Of a stretch of 11,747 nucleotides of DNA, positions 6,914-11,747 are shown piece by piece; position 1 is the first letter of the stretch; every line of letters starts with the position of its first letter. The position numbers and the translations under genes were made by a program. The stretch comes from Candidatus Krumholzibacteriia bacterium. GTDB lineage: Bacteria > Krumholzibacteriota > Krumholzibacteriia > LZORAL124-64-63. Where the stretch lies: positions 1-11,747 of the forward strand of contig JAWOID010000117.1 of the NCBI GenBank assembly GCA_046484865.1. The letters run 5' to 3'. The notes beneath the pieces are model-generated. The model searched no databases. It was not told where the DNA came from and saw nothing but the letters and a program-made list of their open reading frames with translations.

Positions 6914-7183
6914 GATCGAGCGACTCGAGGTAAGGAACCCCACCGAATCCCGGGAGCGCGATCTCACGACCCGCCGACTGATACCCCCGACTGTCAGTTG
7001 ACGCTCCGCATCCCGACAGCAAACCGTAGTCCGGAAAGGAGAAGCGCCCAGCGCCGTCCGGCGCGAGGACTGCTTGGATCGAGCGTGATTCGCACGCAAC
7101 CACTGGTAGACGTCCGGGATACCCTGCCCCGGGCGCCGCTCACACATCGACCGGCACACACCCGGTCTGGATGGGGGAAACAC

Positions 7184-10100
7184 ATGAAGAACACGACCAC
7201 TTTCGCTCTGCTCCTGTCTCTCCTGATGGCCGCCAGCGCGCTGGCGGGAGACAGCGCCGAGCGACCGCAACCGAGGGAAGGCGACTACGGCGTCCTCTCG
7301 AATTCGGCCGACGGCTTCGCCAAGCAGGTCGGCGACACCCTGTATCTGATGGGCGGTTCCGGCGACCACACCGGCCGGTTCCAGAGTTCGGTCGGCGTTC
7401 CCGGCTGGAACGGCTGGACGAGTCTCGACGTCACCCGGGCCACCGAGTCGCACTGGCACGTCAGCACGTACAACGGTGCGGCGACCGGCGCCGCTCCGGG
7501 CCCGGGCAATCACGTGGCCTACGTTGGCGACGCGACGATCCCGTCGTGCGGCGGCAGCGACCCCGTGGGCGGCTACGGGAACAACTGGCGCGACTGGCTG
7601 GACTTCTACGGCACCGCGCCCGATCCGTCGTCGTCGACGCTGGTCGAGATCAGCTACTACATCAGTCACGATGTCGAGGTGGACTTCGACTGGGTCCTGC
7701 TGCAGGTCGAGCGCGCCACCGGCTGGGAAGACGTGGCGGTCTACACCGACGTGGCGGAGAACCTGTTCGAGTCGCACAGCGTCTCGGTCGCCGTGTCCGA
7801 CTACGTGGGTTCCGGTCGCGACCAGGTGCACCTGCGCTGGGCGTTCGAGTCCGACGTCGCCTATGCCGACTCGGACTGCAACTACGCCGGCAACGGCGCC
7901 GCCCAGATCGACGACCTCGAGGTGCGGTTCGACGGCACCGTGGTGAGCTACGACGATTTCGAGTCGGCCGGCTCCGGCGATGTCGGCAACTGGTCGACCG
8001 TCCTCGCCCCGGGCGTGGGCGACTTCGCCCGGATCTGGACGGATCTCGAGGATCTCGATCCCTGCAACAGCAACTACTCCGCCCAGGTCGCGTTCGTCGA
8101 CGACGGTTACGTGGTTCCGGGCACCGGCGGCACCCCCTGCATCAGCTGGTGCTACGGTCCGGACGGCTACATCGTCAACAACAGCGGCGGTCTGGCGGGA
8201 CCGGACCGGCACCTGAACGTCCAGATCGTCTCTCCGGTGCTCGAGTGGCCCGGCGGCTCCTTCGACGGCGCGATCCTCTACTTCGACGTGTACCGTCACG
8301 AGGAACTGGGCGCGTTCTCCGTCTGGCCCGGCATGTTCTACGTGTGGAACGTCCGCTCCGTGAACACCGGCAACCCCGCCGACCTCGAGTCGGCCGAGTG
8401 GGTGAACCGCAACTTCGTCCAGTACGGGGGCCCGGACTACATCCGGCACCGGGAGCCGGTCACCGACCTGATGGTTCCCGGACGCACCCATGTCCAGATC
8501 GCCCTCGAGGTGACGGAGTTCGGCTGGGTCTGGGGCTGGGAGGGTTCCGATGGAACGCCGGCGCCCTACTTCGACAACGTGGCCTTCAAGGTGTTCGAGT
8601 TCACGGGCCCCGGCATCGCCACCCGCGAGATCGACATCGCGCAGGACGCGTTCCCCGAGCGCGGCTCCATCGACTACGCGAACCCGCAGATCAACTGGTG
8701 CCGTTTCGACATGGCCCGCGACATCGGGATCGAGTCGCTCGTCTACGACTTCGGCGACTCCATCATCGTGGACGTCACCCCCGTGCGTGCCGGCTCGCAG
8801 CTGACCGTGCGTCCGCGCATGTACTACAAGCTGAAGACCAATCCCCTGTTCAACCCGTACCGCGGCACCGAACTGGGCTCTCCCGACGCCGCCGGCTTCA
8901 TCACCGGTTACGTGGAGGGGGACAGCGCGCGGAACAACTCGGGCCTTCCCCTGGAGGGCCGGTGGTTCTTCGACCTGCCGGACACGGGCCAATTCTATCC
9001 CGGCGACAAGCTGCATTACTACATCTGGGCGCAGGACGTGGCGGGCGGCGTCGTGCAGTCGTCGACGCTGCCGGCCGACACCACCGGGTTCAGCAACTTC
9101 CGTGGCGACCTGATCTATGATCTGGCCGACGCGTCGATCCCGGCGAACTTCAGCGTGAGCTTCCTGCCCTCGCTACACACCTTCACCCCCGGCGATCATC
9201 CGCGGATCCTGTTCTGGAACGACTTCGCCAACCGGGGTGGCCAGCAGGAATGGCACACCGCTCTGCGCAACAACGGCTACCAGGAAGGAGAGGACTTCGA
9301 CGTCTATTACACCAACGGGCCGTCGTCCGGCGTGTCCAACGGTCTGGGCGGCGCGGCCACCCCGTCGCTGCTGAGCGGCTATCAGACCCTGCTCTACTCG
9401 TCGGGCAATCTCAGCGCCACGACGATCAGTCCGGCCGTCGAGGACGGCGACAAGGCCGACGACACCGCCTTGCTGAGCGCCTGGTTCGAGCAGGGTCAGA
9501 AGAACGCGCTGTTCACCGGCGACGACCTCGCTTACGACCTGAGCCAGATGGCGCCCAACTTCCTGCAGAACTGGCTGGGCATCGACTTCAAGGTGAAGAG
9601 CGTGCGGAGTTCCATCGAGAACCAGACGGCGCCGCTGGTGCTCGCGACGGCCGCCAACCCCGTCTTGGCCGCCGACAACACGAGGTGGGTGGCGTATGGC
9701 GGTTGCCCGGGCATCAACCAGTTCGACGGTGTCGACGAGCTGGGCGGGACCGTCGCCCTGGCCGAGTTCGCCAGCCCGGCTGGCTATGCCGGCGGGTACG
9801 CCTACCCGGCAGCCACGCACCACGTCGATGCCACCCGCGGCAATCAGGTCGTCTACCTGCCGTACGATCTGATGTACGTGCGCAACGACCCGAACGTCGA
9901 GAGCAGCACTCCCCTGGCGGCCCGCGCGAAGATCCTCCGGGACGTCCTCGTGCGGTTCGGCCAGCTGCCGGGCAGCCCGGCCACCGACGTGCCGCAGGCC
10001 GCGGCTCTCGGCGCCACCAACTACCCGAACCCGTTCAATCCGACCACGACCATCAAGTTCACGGTGCCGCGGACTGGCGACGTGAGCCTGCGGATCTACA

Positions 10101-10279
10101 ACGTGCGCGGCGAACTCGTTCGCACGCTGCTGGACGAGGCCCGCTACGACGCGGGCACGCATCCGGTGGTCTGGGAAGGAACGAACGAGAACGGCGGGAA
10201 GGTCGCCTCCGGGGTGTACTTCTACGAGGTACGCGCCAACGGCCAGACCGTCATCAACAAGATGGCCCTCGTGAAGTGA
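7184..10279 (+). CDS. Large secreted protein with C-terminal FlgD-Ig / T9SS type A sorting-like domain (1031 aa)
   Basis: GGGGG upstream of ATG 7184 and a Sec signal MKNTTTFALLLSLLMAASALA. The body is rich in Asp/Gly/Trp/Tyr. The C-terminus reads NYPNPFNPTTTIKF..V.LRIYN..G..VRTL...AG.H.V.W.G...G.KVASGVYFY......KMALVK. Confidence 0.92.
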   Translation: MKNTTTFALLLSLLMAASALAGDSAERPQPREGDYGVLSNSADGFAKQVGDTLYLMGGSGDHTGRFQSSVGVPGWNGWTSLDVTRATESHWHVSTYNGAATGAAPGPGNHVAYVGDATIPSCGGSDPVGGYGNNWRDWLDFYGTAPDPSSSTLVEISYYISHDVEVDFDWVLLQVERATGWEDVAVYTDVAENLFESHSVSVAVSDYVGSGRDQVHLRWAFESDVAYADSDCNYAGNGAAQIDDLEVRFDGTVVSYDDFESAGSGDVGNWSTVLAPGVGDFARIWTDLEDLDPCNSNYSAQVAFVDDGYVVPGTGGTPCISWCYGPDGYIVNNSGGLAGPDRHLNVQIVSPVLEWPGGSFDGAILYFDVYRHEELGAFSVWPGMFYVWNVRSVNTGNPADLESAEWVNRNFVQYGGPDYIRHREPVTDLMVPGRTHVQIALEVTEFGWVWGWEGSDGTPAPYFDNVAFKVFEFTGPGIATREIDIAQDAFPERGSIDYANPQINWCRFDMARDIGIESLVYDFGDSIIVDVTPVRAGSQLTVRPRMYYKLKTNPLFNPYRGTELGSPDAAGFITGYVEGDSARNNSGLPLEGRWFFDLPDTGQFYPGDKLHYYIWAQDVAGGVVQSSTLPADTTGFSNFRGDLIYDLADASIPANFSVSFLPSLHTFTPGDHPRILFWNDFANRGGQQEWHTALRNNGYQEGEDFDVYYTNGPSSGVSNGLGGAATPSLLSGYQTLLYSSGNLSATTISPAVEDGDKADDTALLSAWFEQGQKNALFTGDDLAYDLSQMAPNFLQNWLGIDFKVKSVRSSIENQTAPLVLATAANPVLAADNTRWVAYGGCPGINQFDGVDELGGTVALAEFASPAGYAGGYAYPAATHHVDATRGNQVVYLPYDLMYVRNDPNVESSTPLAARAKILRDVLVRFGQLPGSPATDVPQAAALGATNYPNPFNPTTTIKFTVPRTGDVSLRIYNVRGELVRTLLDEARYDAGTHPVVWEGTNENGGKVASGVYFYEVRANGQTVINKMALVK

Positions 10280-10285
10280 TATGGA

Positions 10286-10310
10286 ACGGCTAGTCGAGCA
10301 CGGCTAGTCG
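10286..10310 (+). repeat. 11-bp direct repeat
   Basis: ACGGCTAGTCG at 10286-10296 and 10300-10310. Confidence 0.7.
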
Positions 10311-10322
10311 GGTCTCTCTTCA

Positions 10323-10359
10323 TGGCCCCCGGGCGATAGCCCGGGGGCCAGTTCTCTTC
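10323..10359 (+). terminator. Rho-independent terminator
   Basis: Perfect 12-bp stem TGGCCCCCGGGC-GATA-GCCCGGGGGCCA followed by GTTCTCTTC, 43 nt after the stop. Confidence 0.8.
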
Positions 10360-10399
10360 GGGGTCCGCCCGCGCCTCCGGCCGGGGGGCTCGAGGGCGC

Positions 10400-10428
10400 T
10401 TGCCGGGACCGGTCTCCGGTAGTAGGCT
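10400..10428 (+). promoter_or_regulatory. Putative sigma70 promoter of the chalcone-isomerase-fold gene
   Basis: TTGCCG (10400-10405), 17-nt spacer, TAGGCT (10423-10428). The spacer contains the palindrome ACCGG-TCT-CCGGT. Confidence 0.5.
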
Positions 10429-10462
10429 CGCGGCGACGATGGGACGCCAGTCGCGCTGCCGT

Positions 10463-10521
10463 GCCGCCGCTGCTGCGGCGCCGGCCGTTCTGCCGAGCCG
10501 CCGCTGCTGCGGCGCCGGCCG
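10463..10521 (+). repeat. Perfect 25-bp direct repeat, two copies, each with an internal hairpin
   Basis: GCCGCCGCTGCTGCGGCGCCGGCCG at 10463-10487 and 10497-10521, separated by 9 nt. Internal CGCCGC-TGCT-GCGGCG. Confidence 0.85.
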
Positions 10522-10550
10522 CCCCCTGCCCCGCCAACCGGGAGGTCCCC

Positions 10551-11159
10551 ATGAGCACGCTGGTCAAGATCGCCCTCGTTCTGACCGTCGCCCTGCTGGC
10601 GGCTTCGCCCGCCGGCGCCGTGACCGAGCCCAAGACGGGGACCGAGTACCCGGACACGCTGGGCGTCGAGGTGGACGGCGAGACCATCCTCCTGACCGCC
10701 ACGGGCGCGGGACTGCGCGAGAAGACGTTCCTGAAGGTGGACGTCTACAGCATCGTCTCCTACCTGGATTGCGAGGTGGAGCCGGGGGACGACGCAGCCC
10801 GCACGGTGCTCACGAGCGATGCTCCCAAGCGCATCCAGATGGATCTGCGGCGCAGCTTCGGCCGCGACAAGCTGGTGGACACGTTCCGCGACGTCATCGG
10901 CAAGAACTACGACGACACCTCCGCCTTCGCCGACGATCTGCAGACCTTCCTGGCCTACTTCGACCGCGATGCCCAGGAAGGCGACCGGCTCGTGTTCGAC
11001 TACCACCCCGGGCGCGGACTGACCACCATCCTTAACGGCGAGGTGAAGGGGGTCATCGACAACCCCGAGTTCGCGCAGGCGCTCTGGACCGTGTGGTTCG
11101 GCGAGAAACCGGCGGACAAGGGCCTACGGCGCGACCTCACCGCGCAATTCGCTCGCTGA
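10551..11159 (+). CDS. Secreted/periplasmic chalcone isomerase-like family protein (202 aa)
   Basis: GGAGG at 10541-10545, ATG 10551, signal peptide ending PAGA. Motifs L.ATGAGLREK.FLKVDVY, GD.L.F.Y.P, G.I....FA.ALW.VWFGEKP.D..LRR.L are typical of the bacterial CHI-fold family. Confidence 0.88.
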   Translation: MSTLVKIALVLTVALLAASPAGAVTEPKTGTEYPDTLGVEVDGETILLTATGAGLREKTFLKVDVYSIVSYLDCEVEPGDDAARTVLTSDAPKRIQMDLRRSFGRDKLVDTFRDVIGKNYDDTSAFADDLQTFLAYFDRDAQEGDRLVFDYHPGRGLTTILNGEVKGVIDNPEFAQALWTVWFGEKPADKGLRRDLTAQFAR

Positions 11160-11194
11160 TCACGAGCCGCGGGCCGCGGGCCGCGCGAGGCGGA

Positions 11195-11747
11195 TCAGGA
11201 CAGGATCACGCACTCCTCGAGATCGCGGGCGAACCGCTCGGTGAGTCGATCGAGGGCGTCGGCGGGGACGGCCAGCGAGGCGAGCAACTCGTTCAGCTGG
11301 CCGTCGCCGCCGTTCGCATCGGGCAAGGTTCCGCACACATGGCTCAGGAGGTTGCCGGCCTCCACCACCCGCACCAGGAGCGTGTGGTCGTCCGCAGCCG
11401 CGGGAGCATGGTGGTGCGACGCGCAGGCCACCAGGGCTGCCGGCATGTTCCACCGCTCCAGCAGGAGTCGGCCCACCTCCGTGTGATCGAAGCCGAGCCC
11501 CTGGCGCTCGGCGGCCAGGTTCGCGCCGCCGCCGCCGAGCTGCCGCTGGCGCAGGTGCCGGTGTTCGTCGGGCAGGTTCAGGAGCATCACCAGCTTGCCG
11601 ATGTCGTGCAGCATCCCGCCCACGAAGGCTTCCTCGGGATCCGCCTGGCCGGAGGCCTCGGCGATGCGCCGCGAGGCCAGCCCGCACTCCACCGCATGTT
11701 GCCAGAGAGAGCGTCCCCAGTAGCCGAGATGGGGGTCGTCGGTGGGG
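11195..11747 (-). CDS. HDOD domain signal-transduction protein (partial, 5' end beyond the window)
   Basis: The frame stays open to the edge: ...LWQHAVECGLASRRIA...EEAFVGGMLHDIGKLV...AER..LGFDHTEVG..LLERWNMP..LV.....HH, the HDOD signature. Confidence 0.9.
   Translation of the reverse strand, partial: PTDDPHLGYWGRSLWQHAVECGLASRRIAEASGQADPEEAFVGGMLHDIGKLVMLLNLPDEHRHLRQRQLGGGGANLAAERQGLGFDHTEVGRLLLERWNMPAALVACASHHHAPAAADDHTLLVRVVEAGNLLSHVCGTLPDANGGDGQLNELLASLAVPADALDRLTERFARDLEECVILS

Noticed and set aside
7014..7075. GCAAAC...GAAA resembling a c-di-GMP-I riboswitch
   Set aside because: No proper GNRA-capped P2 stem and no downstream GACGCAAAGC or tetraloop-receptor element.
6998..7183. Upstream in-frame extensions in the ORF track (also 215-283, 2491-2532, 10461-10550)
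   Set aside because: Better starts with SD sequences and domain or signal-peptide boundaries exist downstream at 7184, 284, 2533 and 10551.
10463..10521. Hairpin direct repeats as a mini-CRISPR
   Set aside because: Only two copies with a 9-nt spacer, and no cas genes or AT-rich leader.
11160..11194. GGGCCGC short tandem between convergent stops
   Set aside because: Short GC-only repeat expected at this composition, with no convincing terminator structure.

Overview
A GC-rich bacterial window with two parts. Bases 284-6550 hold a signalling/transport cluster of two convergent operons. On the + strand are REC protein 1, a TauE/SafE (TSUP) transporter with an unusual secretion-signal/linker extension, a DUF1634-like membrane protein, REC protein 2 and REC protein 3. 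On the - strand are a membrane Cache-type sensor histidine kinase, a single-domain CheY-like receiver, and a sensorless HisKA protein whose ATPase domain is degenerate (ChpT-like phosphotransferase candidate). None of the four receivers has a DNA-binding output. Three carry short helical tails built from two shared modules, which suggests a phosphorelay acting by protein-protein contact, possibly on the transporter. Bases 7184-11747 encode a 1031-aa secreted protein with a C-terminal FlgD-Ig/T9SS-CTD-like domain (typical of FCB-group bacteria), a strong terminator, a secreted chalcone-isomerase-fold protein with a repeat-containing leader, and the 3' part of an HDOD-domain gene. The first 137 bases are the end of an unidentified CDS. 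All family calls come from motif recognition, not database searches.
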